Part shown: positions 28,479 through 38,380 of the stretch, one piece after another
Layout: the number at the start of each line of letters is the position of its first letter
Numbering within the stretch: the stretch's first letter is position 1
Source of the DNA: Eubacteriales bacterium
GTDB taxonomy: Bacteria; Bacillota; Clostridia; Oscillospirales; CAG-272
Length of the DNA: 60,464 nt
Assembly: GCA_045593725.1 (NCBI GenBank)
Contig: JAZNXE010000011.1
Coordinates: 1 to 60,464, forward strand
Reading direction: 5' to 3'
The notes under the pieces: model-generated
Database searches by the model: none
Told to the model about the DNA's origin: nothing
The model's input: only the letters and a program-made list of their open reading frames with translations
Made by a program: the position numbers and the translations under genes

Positions 28479-29963
28479 ATGCGTTTTGAAAGACTTCTTT
28501 TTGATGCGGGACTTGAATGTCCTTGCGAACTCGAGAGCAAGATATGCTCGGGTGTCGTTACCGATTCAAGGAAGGTAACTAAGGATTGTATTTTTGTCTG
28601 CATTTGCGGCTCGGTGTGTGACGGACATGACCATATCGAGGAGGCAATCAAGGCGGGCGCTTCGGTTATAGTTGCAGAGAATGTGCGTGGCGTGTGTGTG
28701 GGTGGTGCCGCAATAATTCTTGTTGAAAACACAAGGCTAACGGCTTCTTTGCTCTATAACTCGTGGTTTGGCTCGCCTGCGGCAGACCTCAGGATAATAG
28801 GGGTTACGGGAACTAACGGAAAGACCTCCACAGCCCTTATGATGCTCAGCATTTTTGAGGAGGCAGGATATCCCTGCGGCTTTTTGGGGACTGTTGGGTA
28901 TATGTCGGTGGGTAGGCGTATGATAGCGGAAGCCGAAATGACTACCCCTGACCCGATGACACTGTATTCTGCCTTGGCGCAGATGAAGAAGGATGGAGCG
29001 GAGTACGTTTTCATGGAGGTCAGCTCCCACTCATTGGCTCAGAGCAGGATCGGAGCAATAAGCTTTGATACTGCTGTCTTTACTAATCTCAGTGAGGATC
29101 ATCTTGATTTTCACGGAGATATGGAGAAATATTATAAGGCTAAAGAAATATTGTTTTCTCAATGCCGTCGGGCGGTCATAAATATTGATGACGCGGCGGG
29201 AGGGCGGCTTTTTCGCTCTTTAGAGGATAGCGGTGTGGATAAAAAAAGCTGTTCTCTTGAGGAGGGGGACTTTTGCGCTCTTATGCCAAAGCCCATAGGC
29301 TCATTAGGAAGCGAATACGCACTGAAAACCGCTAAGGGTCTGTATAGGGTATTTTTGCCCCTTGCGGGAGAATTTCAGATAATGAACTCCTTACAGGCGG
29401 CAGCGGTAGCGCTTATGCACGGCATCCCCATAGATAGGATACGCAGAGCATTCGCCGCTACGAAAGGAATATCGGGAAGAATGGAGCCCTTCAAGGGACA
29501 CGAAAAGCAGAATTTTGATATTTTCATAGATTACGCCCATACTCCCGACGCCCTTGAAAAGCTGCTAAGAAGCGTGAGAGCCTTCAAGGACGACAAGGCA
29601 AGAGTTATTCTTCTGTTCGGTTGCGGAGGAGAGCGCGAAAAAGAAAAGAGAAGTATGATGGGACAAATAGCCTCCCGATTGGCTGATCTTACCCTTGTGA
29701 CCTCGGATAATCCCAGAGGGGAAGTGCCGAGTCAGATAATATCGGATATACTTAAGGGGATAGACAAGGAAAAGGCTTATGCGGTTATTGAGGACCGCAG
29801 AAGAGCCATAGAGGAAGCTATATGTACATACGCGAGGCGCGGAGATGTTCTGCTCCTTGCGGGTAAGGGGCATGAGACCTATCAGATAGACGGTTCGGGA
29901 AAGCACCCATTTGACGAAAGAGAGATAGTAAAGGAAGCTTTGAGTAAGCTTTACGATAAATAA
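28479..29963 (+). CDS. murE: UDP-MurNAc-dipeptide--meso-DAP ligase
   Basis: GVTGTNGKTS, TTPD, MEVSSH, DYAHTPD, DNPR (meso-DAP motif), AGKGHE. Confidence 0.95.
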   Translation: MRFERLLFDAGLECPCELESKICSGVVTDSRKVTKDCIFVCICGSVCDGHDHIEEAIKAGASVIVAENVRGVCVGGAAIILVENTRLTASLLYNSWFGSPAADLRIIGVTGTNGKTSTALMMLSIFEEAGYPCGFLGTVGYMSVGRRMIAEAEMTTPDPMTLYSALAQMKKDGAEYVFMEVSSHSLAQSRIGAISFDTAVFTNLSEDHLDFHGDMEKYYKAKEILFSQCRRAVINIDDAAGGRLFRSLEDSGVDKKSCSLEEGDFCALMPKPIGSLGSEYALKTAKGLYRVFLPLAGEFQIMNSLQAAAVALMHGIPIDRIRRAFAATKGISGRMEPFKGHEKQNFDIFIDYAHTPDALEKLLRSVRAFKDDKARVILLFGCGGEREKEKRSMMGQIASRLADLTLVTSDNPRGEVPSQIISDILKGIDKEKAYAVIEDRRRAIEEAICTYARRGDVLLLAGKGHETYQIDGSGKHPFDEREIVKEALSKLYDK

Positions 29964-29989
29964 GTTTTGACGAAAGGGAAGAGAAAGAG

Positions 29990-31444
29990 ATGAAGGTTAA
30001 TGTTGGTTGTAACGCTTTGACTATGTCCGAGCTTGCTAATATTTGCGGCGGTATGCTTTGCTATGCAGGCGGCCAAACCAATCGCGACGTACCGTTCAGA
30101 TCTGTTTGTACCGACTCGCGTGAAACAGAGAGAGATTCTCTCTTTGTAGCCTTGGGCGGAGCGCGTGTTGACGGACACGACTATATACACGCGGCTCTTT
30201 CTCTCGGAAGTGAGTGCGTTCTTTGCGAGCGTATTCCCGAAGCGTTGAATGACAGAAGGTACGTAGCCCTTGTGGTTAACGATACTCTTAAGGCTGTTGG
30301 AGAGCTTGCAAAGGCATACGACCGCAGAATTAACAATAAAAAGGTAGCAATTACGGGCAGTGTGGGAAAGACCACCACAAAGGAATTTGTGGCGGCTGTT
30401 CTCTCTGAAAATCTTCGTCTGCATAAGACAGAGGGTAACTATAACAGCACTATCGGTATGCCTCTTTCCTTGCTTACTATGAGGAATGATACAGAGGTAT
30501 CTGTTCTTGAAATGGGGATGAGCAATCTGGGTGAGATAGAGTATCTTTCCAAGATAGCAGAGCCTGATATAGCTATAATAACCAATATAGGCTCTTCTCA
30601 CATGGAATATCTGGGAAGCAGAGAAAATATAAGCCGCGCCAAGCTTGAGATAGTAAAGGGGCTTAAGGCGGACGGAATTGTGCTTCTTAACGGCGACGAG
30701 CCGCTTTTGCGCAACCGCGAGGAGCTTGACGGAAAGGATTTCAGATACGTGGGCTTTGCCGAGGACTGCCATTTTAAGGCGCAGAACGTGCGCTGTTCTA
30801 TGGGCAGAACCGTATTTGATATTTGCTACGATGGAAGGCTTGTAGAAAACGTAACTATTCCCGCTATGGGTAACCATAACGTGTATGCCGCGCTCTTTGC
30901 TTATGCGGTAGGCGTAAATATGGGACTTTCCGATGATGCTATATGCCACGGTCTTGCTTGCTTTAAGGCGGTGGGAATGCGCCAGAATATCTATGATATC
31001 GGTGATATTACTGTTATAGAGGACTGCTATAACGCAAGTCCCGAGTCTATGAAGGCGGCTATCCGTGTTCTTGACGAGGTAGTAAGACAGAAGCAGAGAG
31101 GAAGAATGACGGCGCTTCTTGGAGATATGTATGAGCTTGGCGCAAACGAGGGCGCCTTCCACGAGGAAGTCGGAATGGAATTTGCCAGACGCGGGGGAGC
31201 TGCGCTCTTTACCTTTGGTCAGCTTGCCGATATGATAGCCAACGGCGCTATGCTTGGCGGAATGTCGTGTGAGAATATTTACAGGAACTGCAACGTAAGA
31301 TGTCCCGAGATAAGCGGTGAGATGCTTCTGCACGCTCTCCGTCCGGGGGATACGCTTCTTGTTAAGGCAAGCCGAGGCGCAGCCGCTGAGAGAGTCCTCA
31401 GATACTTAGAGGAAAATCAAGATAGACTTTTTGGTTTGAAGTAA
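29990..31444 (+). CDS. murF: UDP-MurNAc-tripeptide--D-Ala-D-Ala ligase
   Basis: AITGSVGKTTTKE, LEMGM, DCYNASPES, LGDMYELG, VKASR. Confidence 0.95.
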   Translation: MKVNVGCNALTMSELANICGGMLCYAGGQTNRDVPFRSVCTDSRETERDSLFVALGGARVDGHDYIHAALSLGSECVLCERIPEALNDRRYVALVVNDTLKAVGELAKAYDRRINNKKVAITGSVGKTTTKEFVAAVLSENLRLHKTEGNYNSTIGMPLSLLTMRNDTEVSVLEMGMSNLGEIEYLSKIAEPDIAIITNIGSSHMEYLGSRENISRAKLEIVKGLKADGIVLLNGDEPLLRNREELDGKDFRYVGFAEDCHFKAQNVRCSMGRTVFDICYDGRLVENVTIPAMGNHNVYAALFAYAVGVNMGLSDDAICHGLACFKAVGMRQNIYDIGDITVIEDCYNASPESMKAAIRVLDEVVRQKQRGRMTALLGDMYELGANEGAFHEEVGMEFARRGGAALFTFGQLADMIANGAMLGGMSCENIYRNCNVRCPEISGEMLLHALRPGDTLLVKASRGAAAERVLRYLEENQDRLFGLK

Positions 31445-31460
31445 GGCGGTATAAAAGTAA

Positions 31461-32453
31461 ATGTTTAATGAAATGTTGACAGAATTTGTCATAGCGGGGG
31501 TATCGTCGTTTTTGCTTACGGTGATACTCTCCCGTTGTATTATTCCAATTTTAGTGGCAAAAAAGGCAGGTCAGCCCATACGCAAAGAAGGTCCTCAATC
31601 ACATATGAGCAAGGCGGGAACTCCAACAATGGGAGGAATAGCCTTTATTCTGGCAATAGCTATGGCGCTTACCGGTATCAGTATATGGTACGCTATAAGC
31701 GCTAAGCAGAATGAGCTTATCCCCATGGCGCTTACTATGGCTCTTGCCGTGATGAACGGTATGATAGGCTTTTTTGACGACTACAAAAAGCTTGTGAAGA
31801 AGGAGAACGAGGGACTGAAGGCGGGTCAGAAGTTTTTACTTCAGGTGCTTGCGGCAATAGCCTATGTAGTTTTTCTTAAGGCGCTTGGATATATAGATAC
31901 GTCGATTCATATCCCTTTTACGACCATAAACGTAGAGCTTGGTATAGTTTACTATATTTTTGCGGTCATCCTTATAGTCGGTGTAGTTAACAGTGTGAAT
32001 CTTACCGACGGACTTGACGGACTTGCGTCAACGGTTACCCTGGTGGTGGCTGTATTCTTCTCCATCTTGGCGTTTTCTTATCTTGATTCCTCATTGGCAA
32101 TGATATCCGCGGTTCTTGTAGGAGCAATGCTGGGCTTTTTAATATTCAACCATCATCCCGCAAAGGTGTTTATGGGAGATACAGGCTCACTTTTCCTTGG
32201 AGGAGCGGTAACGGGCGCGGCGTTTATGATAAACGAGCCTATGATAATAATAATCGCGGGGGGAGTTTACGTATTTGAGGCGATATCTGTTATATTGCAG
32301 GTTGGCTTTTTCAAGATGACGCATAAGCGTATCTTCAAATGCGCTCCTGTGCATCACCATTTTGAGGCCTGCGGCTGGTCGGAGGTAAAGGTAGTAAGCG
32401 TATTTTCTCTTGTTACGGCACTATTGTGTGTTCTGGCGTGGTTCGGTATATAA
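31461..32453 (+). CDS. mraY: Phospho-N-acetylmuramoyl-pentapeptide transferase
   Basis: KAGTPTMGG, FDD, NLTDGLDG, FMGDTGS, PVHHHFE. Confidence 0.96.
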   Translation: MFNEMLTEFVIAGVSSFLLTVILSRCIIPILVAKKAGQPIRKEGPQSHMSKAGTPTMGGIAFILAIAMALTGISIWYAISAKQNELIPMALTMALAVMNGMIGFFDDYKKLVKKENEGLKAGQKFLLQVLAAIAYVVFLKALGYIDTSIHIPFTTINVELGIVYYIFAVILIVGVVNSVNLTDGLDGLASTVTLVVAVFFSILAFSYLDSSLAMISAVLVGAMLGFLIFNHHPAKVFMGDTGSLFLGGAVTGAAFMINEPMIIIIAGGVYVFEAISVILQVGFFKMTHKRIFKCAPVHHHFEACGWSEVKVVSVFSLVTALLCVLAWFGI

Positions 32454-32486
32454 GCTTACAAAAATAAAATAATTCAAGGCAGGGAG

Positions 32487-33797
32487 GTGTTGATTTTGGA
32501 AAATAGAAATGAAGAACAAGATCAAAATCTGCCTGCTTTTGACGTTAAAGAAAAGAAATCTCTTAAAATAAGGATAAAGAGCGCCCTTGAGAAAAGGGAG
32601 GAGGATATGGCGGTTAATGACGTCATATTTACCGAAAAGCTCACTCCTGCCGAGGCAGAGGACGAGAGAAAGCCGCTTAACAAGGGAAGCGTTGATATGT
32701 GGTTCCTTTTGTGGACTATGCTGCTTATCTGCTTCGGCGCGGTAATGTCTTACAGCGCCAGCGCGGTATATGCCGAGAAAAATTACGACAGCGCCACCTA
32801 TTTTTTGTGGAGATACATAATCTTTACAGTAGCTTCGGTAGCCGTCACGGCAGTGTTTGTGGCGTTTGCCAGACCTTGGTTCTGGAGAGTGTTCGGAGTT
32901 GGCTCATACATAGCGGCTATTCTTCTGCTCATATTGGTTATATTTATAGGCGATACGGGGGGAGGAGCGCAAAGATGGATAGAGGTAGGACCAATAACCA
33001 TTCAGCCCTCTGAGATAGCCAAAATGGCTGTGGTAATGGTGCTTGCTCTGTATATGTCGAAATATGAAAAGCAGATAAATTCCACTCATAAATTCGGGGG
33101 GAATTTCAAGCACGGATTTTTCATTCCTATGATAATAATAGGCATACTCTGCGCCTTGATAATTCTTCAGCCTCACCTTTCGGGAACTATAATCGTCGGT
33201 CTTATCGGAGTGATGGTAATGTTTCTGGCGGGAACACGAATAAAGTGGCTTGCCATATTCGTTGGTATTATCGGCGTAGTGGGAATACTGTTTATCTCGT
33301 TTTTCGGATACTCTATGGAGCGAGTACAGATATGGCTCAATATCGACAGCGTTGACCCTCTCGGAGAGGCATGGCAGACGCTTCAGGGACTTTACGCCAT
33401 TGGCTCTGGCGGATTTTTCGGACTCGGACTCGGAAGCAGCCGACAGAAATTCGGATACGTTTCTCAGCCTCAGAACGACTTTATATTTACAATTATTTGC
33501 GAGGAGCTGGGCTTTGTAGGGGCGTTTGTGCTTGTATTCCTTTTCGCGCTGTTGGTGTGGAGAGGTATAAAGATAGGCAGAAGCGCACCCGACAAGTTTT
33601 GTGCCTTGGTTGTGTGGGGACTTACCCTTAAGATAGCCTTACAGGTGCTGATGAATATAGCCGTGGTAACCAATTCAATGCCTAACACGGGAATATCACT
33701 GCCCTTCTTCAGCTCGGGAGGCTCCTCGCTTATGCTCCAGATATTTGAGGTGGGAATAATTCTTTCCATATCCAGGTTTTCAACACAGAAAAAATAA
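32487..33797 (+). CDS. ftsW: SEDS peptidoglycan polymerase FtsW/SpoVE
   Basis: GAQRWI, QPSEIAK, GSGG..GLG, DFIF.IICEELG, PNTGISLPFFSSGGSS; start codon uncertain. Confidence 0.9.
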   Translation: MLILENRNEEQDQNLPAFDVKEKKSLKIRIKSALEKREEDMAVNDVIFTEKLTPAEAEDERKPLNKGSVDMWFLLWTMLLICFGAVMSYSASAVYAEKNYDSATYFLWRYIIFTVASVAVTAVFVAFARPWFWRVFGVGSYIAAILLLILVIFIGDTGGGAQRWIEVGPITIQPSEIAKMAVVMVLALYMSKYEKQINSTHKFGGNFKHGFFIPMIIIGILCALIILQPHLSGTIIVGLIGVMVMFLAGTRIKWLAIFVGIIGVVGILFISFFGYSMERVQIWLNIDSVDPLGEAWQTLQGLYAIGSGGFFGLGLGSSRQKFGYVSQPQNDFIFTIICEELGFVGAFVLVFLFALLVWRGIKIGRSAPDKFCALVVWGLTLKIALQVLMNIAVVTNSMPNTGISLPFFSSGGSSLMLQIFEVGIILSISRFSTQKK

Positions 33798-33821
33798 CTG
33801 TATAAGGGGACAGCAGACATA

Positions 33822-34964
33822 ATGAGAGTATTATTTAGCGGCGGAGGCACGGGTGGACACATAAGTCCTGCTCTTGCCATGGCTGATATAATAAAAAGTA
33901 ACCTTCCCGGCTCGGAGATAGCCTTTGTGGGAACAGAATACGGAATAGAAAATTCTCTTATACCTCAGGCGGGATATAAGCTTTATCACGTAAACGTTAA
34001 GGGAATACGCCGTTCCTTTTCGGTGTCAAACGCCAAGGCGCTGTATCTTGCCTTGACCTCACCCGTGAAAGCAAGAAAAATAATAAAGGATTTCGCCCCC
34101 GATATCGTTATAGGTACAGGTGGATACGCTTGTTGGCCCGCTCTTAAAGCCGCGGCTGATATGGGAATACCCACAATGATTCACGAATCAAACGCTCTGC
34201 CCGGTATGGCTGTGCGCAGATTGCAGAAGGACGTGGATATCATAATGACTAATTTCGAGTCAACCAAGGAGCTGCTTTCCCCTGAGGCTAAGGTAATAAA
34301 CGTAGGAAATCCCCTTCGTTCAGCGTGCAGTACGCTTACCCGCGAACAGGCAAGGAAGAAGCTTGGTATAGGGGATGACGTAAAATTTGTTGTTCTTTCC
34401 TTTGGGGGAAGTATGGGAGCGGAGCGAGTGAACCGCGCGGCGGCTGAGATGATGGGCAATTTTGCGTCTAAGCATAAGGATATAATGTGCTTCCATATTG
34501 GAGGAAAAAAGAATTTTGAAAGTGCGAGAAGCTATTTCTCCGCTTATGGCTTGGAGCGCGACGGGCGATTTGTGCTTATGGAATATACGGGAGAGCTGCC
34601 TACCTATATGGCGGCGGCAGACGCCGTAATATGCCGAGCTGGGGCTATGACACTTACGGAAATAGCAAAAATGGGAAAGCCCTCGGTAATAATACCTTCT
34701 CCCAACGTGGTTGACGACCACCAGTACAAGAACGCAAAGGCACTTGCAGATGCTGATGCGGCAATGGTTATATGCGAGGATGAGCTGAACATTGACGGAA
34801 AATGTATGGTCTGCGAGGCTATGGAAAGACTTTATTGCGACTCCGAGCTGCGTAAGCGGATGAGCGAAAATATTAAAAAATTTGCGAAGCCCGATGTGGA
34901 GAAGAGCATATACGAGGCTATTTGCGGATTGCTGGATAGCTATAAAAATAATTCCAAGGGATGA
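33822..34964 (+). CDS. murG: Lipid I GlcNAc transferase
   Basis: GGGTGGHI, GTGGY, HESN, GNP, GGSMGA, RAGA, HQYKNA. Confidence 0.96.
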   Translation: MRVLFSGGGTGGHISPALAMADIIKSNLPGSEIAFVGTEYGIENSLIPQAGYKLYHVNVKGIRRSFSVSNAKALYLALTSPVKARKIIKDFAPDIVIGTGGYACWPALKAAADMGIPTMIHESNALPGMAVRRLQKDVDIIMTNFESTKELLSPEAKVINVGNPLRSACSTLTREQARKKLGIGDDVKFVVLSFGGSMGAERVNRAAAEMMGNFASKHKDIMCFHIGGKKNFESARSYFSAYGLERDGRFVLMEYTGELPTYMAAADAVICRAGAMTLTEIAKMGKPSVIIPSPNVVDDHQYKNAKALADADAAMVICEDELNIDGKCMVCEAMERLYCDSELRKRMSENIKKFAKPDVEKSIYEAICGLLDSYKNNSKG

Positions 34965-34970
34965 ATGATA

Positions 34971-34999
34971 AAAAGAGGTTGCGGAGCAACCTCTTTTTT
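34971..34999 (+). terminator. Intrinsic terminator after murG
   Basis: AAAAGAGGTTGC-GGA-GCAACCTCTTTT. Confidence 0.8.
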
Positions 35000-35000
35000 G

Positions 35001-35029
35001 TTGACAAATTCTTGTGAATGATATATAAT
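35001..35029 (+). promoter_or_regulatory. Consensus sigma-A promoter of ftsQ
   Basis: TTGACA-17-TATAAT. Confidence 0.8.
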
Positions 35030-35074
35030 TATAGTTAATAGAGTGTAGGTGAAACTAAGGGTAAGGAAAAGAAG

Positions 35075-35899
35075 ATGAAAAAAGTCGGGATAAAACACAG
35101 AGTAGAACAGCTTATAGCTAATAAGAGGGTAAGACGTATAGTGCTTATCCTTTTGTGCGCTATTGTTGCTTTGTGCGTATTTCGGCTCCTTTTACTTCTA
35201 TTTCCAGTAAAAGAATTTGAGATACAGGGCGATACGAAATACGACCTTAATGAGATAGTAAACGCAGCGGGAATAAGGACTGGTGACAGGCTTTACGGAC
35301 TAAGCAAGAGCAAGGCAGAAAAAAGACTTCTTGAAAAGTGTCCTTACATAGAAAGCGTAAAAATAGAGCGCAGGTTTCCCAATACCGTATGCTTTGTTAT
35401 TAAGGAAAGAGGCTCGGGCTGGTATCTTCAGGTGGGTGAGGATTTTTATGCATTGGATTATGACCTGAGGGTGCTGATGGAGACCTTTGACGAGCAGATG
35501 CTTAAGGACAGAGGACTGACAAAGCTTATTCTACCCGAACCTGAGAGCGCTATTGCGGGACGACATCCCGAATTCGGAAAAGGGGATGAAAGGCTGGTCA
35601 GCGAGACGCTGAGGATAATAGACGTCATAAGAACCAATGATATTAAGGACAGACTTAGTCTTGTTGACCTATCAAACCGCTTTGAGATAAAGATGGTGGT
35701 TGACGGTACATACTCTGTGGACTTCGGGGATATGGAGGATGCGGATAAAAAAATCGAGATGCTCCTCAAAACAATCGCCGATGCGCAGGATAACGGATAT
35801 GTAGGGGGAGAGATAAACTTTATTACACCCTCAAACGTGGGATTCAGAGGATATTTCTCTGACGTTTCCGAAAAGAATGAAGGCAACGGAAAAGATTAA
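35075..35899 (+). CDS. ftsQ: Cell division protein FtsQ/DivIB
   Basis: N-terminal TM, POTRA domain (PYIESVKIERRFPNTVCFVIKER), position in dcw cluster. Confidence 0.82.
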   Translation: MKKVGIKHRVEQLIANKRVRRIVLILLCAIVALCVFRLLLLLFPVKEFEIQGDTKYDLNEIVNAAGIRTGDRLYGLSKSKAEKRLLEKCPYIESVKIERRFPNTVCFVIKERGSGWYLQVGEDFYALDYDLRVLMETFDEQMLKDRGLTKLILPEPESAIAGRHPEFGKGDERLVSETLRIIDVIRTNDIKDRLSLVDLSNRFEIKMVVDGTYSVDFGDMEDADKKIEMLLKTIADAQDNGYVGGEINFITPSNVGFRGYFSDVSEKNEGNGKD

Positions 35900-35932
35900 A
35901 TGTAAAAAATTATTGAATTTTTTAAAAAACTA

Positions 35933-35961
35933 TTGCAAAAACGCGAATAATATATTATTAT
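35933..35961 (+). promoter_or_regulatory. Promoter of ftsZ copy 1
   Basis: TTGCAA-17-TATTAT. Confidence 0.65.
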
Positions 35962-35993
35962 AATATATATAATTATGTGCGGAGGATGTAAAA

Positions 35994-37121
35994 ATGACTT
36001 TTGAACACGATGATAGCTACCAGAGCGGCGTATGTATAAAGGTGGTTGGAGTAGGCGGAGGCGGTAACAATGCCGTTAACCGTATGATAGCTTCCAACGT
36101 AAGAGGTGTTGAATTTGTTTCTATCAATACCGACAGACAGGCACTTAAAAATTCGCTTGCTCCTAATCAGGTGGCAATCGGAGAGAAGATTACCAAGGGT
36201 TTTGGAGCAGGTGCCAATCCCTCCATTGGAACAAGGTCTGCCGAGGAGTCGCTTGAGGATATAAAGGCTGCTCTCGCAGGCGCCGATATGGTATTCGTTA
36301 CCGCGGGTATGGGCGGCGGAACGGGTACGGGTGCTGCTCCCGTTGTGGCTAAGATAGCTCACGATATGGATATACTTACAGTAGGTATCGTAACTAAGCC
36401 CTTCGCTTTCGAAGGAAAGAGAAGAATGGAACAGGCGCTGGCGGGAATTGAGGAGTTCAGTCAGTATGTTGATTCTCTCGTTGTTATTCCCAACGAAAGA
36501 CTTAAGCTGGTTACCGACAGCAGAATCACTCTCTTTAACGCATTCTCTGAGGCTGATGACATTCTCCGCAAGGGTGTACAGAGCATTTCCGAGCTTATCA
36601 ACGTAGAGCAGTTTATTAACCTTGACTTTGCGGACGTTACCTCTGTAATGGCTCATTCGGGTCTTGCTCACATGGGTATAGGAAGCGCTACGGGTAAGGA
36701 TAAGGCTCAGGAGGCTGCAAGTATGGCTATTGCCAGCCCCTTGCTGGAAACATCTATTAAGGGTGCTACGGGCGTTATCATAAGCTTCTCGGTTTCTCCC
36801 GATGTAGGTCTTGAGGACGTTGACCTTGCTGCTAATATGGTTACCAATGAATGCAATCCCGATGCTAACATCATATTCGGCGTTGGATTTGACGAAAACC
36901 TCGAGGACGAAATGAGAATAACCATTATAGCTACCGGCTTTACAAAGGAAACTAATGAAGCTCCTGCAAAAGAGGATTCAAAGCCTGTGGAAGAATCGGC
37001 TAAGACTGCAGCTATCGATCCTAAGGCAGAGAATGTAGAGGAGGCTGCTCCCATAAAGGTAGCTTCTCAAAAGAATTCTAACGCTCTTGACCTTGATGAC
37101 ATTCTTGGAGATTTGTTTTAA
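35994..37121 (+). CDS. ftsZ: Cell division GTPase FtsZ, copy 1
   Basis: [34 protein letters not shown]; C-terminus [11 protein letters not shown]. Confidence 0.96.
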   Translation: MTFEHDDSYQSGVCIKVVGVGGGGNNAVNRMIASNVRGVEFVSINTDRQALKNSLAPNQVAIGEKITKGFGAGANPSIGTRSAEESLEDIKAALAGADMVFVTAGMGGGTGTGAAPVVAKIAHDMDILTVGIVTKPFAFEGKRRMEQALAGIEEFSQYVDSLVVIPNERLKLVTDSRITLFNAFSEADDILRKGVQSISELINVEQFINLDFADVTSVMAHSGLAHMGIGSATGKDKAQEAASMAIASPLLETSIKGATGVIISFSVSPDVGLEDVDLAANMVTNECNPDANIIFGVGFDENLEDEMRITIIATGFTKETNEAPAKEDSKPVEESAKTAAIDPKAENVEEAAPIKVASQKNSNALDLDDILGDLF

Positions 37122-37144
37122 TCAAATTGCAAAGTAAACAAGCA

Positions 37145-37188
37145 AACGCTACGGCAGACGGTAAGTTTTGCCGTAGCGTTATTATTTT
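37145..37188 (+). terminator. Terminator between the ftsZ copies
   Basis: AACGCTACGGCA...TGCCGTAGCGTT followed by T-rich tract. Confidence 0.75.
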
Positions 37189-37221
37189 GTAAAAAAAAGT
37201 ATATAAATTTTTCTAAAACTA

Positions 37222-37250
37222 TTGCAAAATTCATCGAAATATATTATTAT
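37222..37250 (+). promoter_or_regulatory. Promoter of ftsZ copy 2
   Basis: TTGCAA-17-TATTAT, same hexamers and upstream AAAACTA context as copy 1. Confidence 0.65.
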
Positions 37251-37287
37251 ATAAGAGAAGGATATTTACAAAGCGGAGGAAAAGAAA

Positions 37288-38346
37288 ATGGGATTTGAAC
37301 AGTTTGACAATAATGAATATGGCGTAAACATAAAGGTTGTGGGAGTCGGCGGTGGCGGAAATAACGCTGTTAACCGAATGATTGCCTCCGAGGTTAAGGG
37401 TGTAGAGTTTATCGCCATAAATACCGATAAGCAGGCGCTGAAGAAATCGGTTGCGCCAAAGCAGCTTGCAATAGGAGAAAAGATTACTAACGGCTTTGGT
37501 GCCGGCTCTAATCCCGAGTTAGGAAAGAGAGCGGCGGACGAGGCGTACAACGATATAAAGAAGCTGCTTTCGGGCGCGGATATGGTGTTTGTTACCGCAG
37601 GAATGGGAGGCGGAACGGGTACGGGAGCTACTCCTATCGTTGCAAAGGCGGCAAGAGAGATGGATATACTTACCGTAGGTGTAGTTACAACTCCCTTTGG
37701 CTTCGAGGGCAAAAAGAGAATGCTTCAGGCAGAAGAAGGAATAAAGGAAATAAGCCAGTACGTTGACTCACTTGTTGTTATCCCCAACGAAAGACTGAAG
37801 CTGGTTGCGGATTCAAGAATTACTCTTGCTACTGCCTTTTCTGAGGCTGACGAGGTTCTTCGCAGGGGTGTTCAGAGTATTTCCGACCTTATAAACGTAC
37901 CGGGATTTATCAACATAGACTTTGCGGACGTCACCTCGGTTCTTGCTAACTCGGGTGTTGCATATATGGGTATGGGTAAGGCTACGGGTAAGGATAAGGC
38001 TCAGGAAGCGGCTATGATGGCTATATCCAGTCCCTTGCTTGAAACCTCTATAAAGGGCGCCAAGGGTGTTATCATAAGTATTTCCGCTTCTGCCGACGTA
38101 GGACTTGAGGACGTTGACCTGGCTTCTACTATGATAGCTAATGAGTGTAACTCGGACGCAAGTGTTATCTGGGGAGTTGCCTTTGACCCTGAGCTTGAGG
38201 ACGAAATGAGAATTACTATCATAGCGGCAGATTTTGAGGTTGAGGAAGAGGACGTTGAGGCTGCCATTATCGAAGCAAATTCCGAGATAAAGGAAGAGCC
38301 CGCCGCAAAGCCTGTGAACGACGATTTCTTTGACGGATTGTTTTAA
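37288..38346 (+). CDS. ftsZ: Cell division GTPase FtsZ, copy 2
   Basis: [37 protein letters not shown]; C-terminus NDDFFDGLF. Confidence 0.96.
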   Translation: MGFEQFDNNEYGVNIKVVGVGGGGNNAVNRMIASEVKGVEFIAINTDKQALKKSVAPKQLAIGEKITNGFGAGSNPELGKRAADEAYNDIKKLLSGADMVFVTAGMGGGTGTGATPIVAKAAREMDILTVGVVTTPFGFEGKKRMLQAEEGIKEISQYVDSLVVIPNERLKLVADSRITLATAFSEADEVLRRGVQSISDLINVPGFINIDFADVTSVLANSGVAYMGMGKATGKDKAQEAAMMAISSPLLETSIKGAKGVIISISASADVGLEDVDLASTMIANECNSDASVIWGVAFDPELEDEMRITIIAADFEVEEEDVEAAIIEANSEIKEEPAAKPVNDDFFDGLF

Positions 38347-38349
38347 TGC

Positions 38350-38380
38350 AAAAAGTTCCCTGATTTTCAGGGAACTTTTT
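38350..38380. terminator. Bidirectional terminator
   Basis: AAAAAGTTCCCTGA-TTT-TCAGGGAACTTTTT between convergent genes. Confidence 0.85.
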
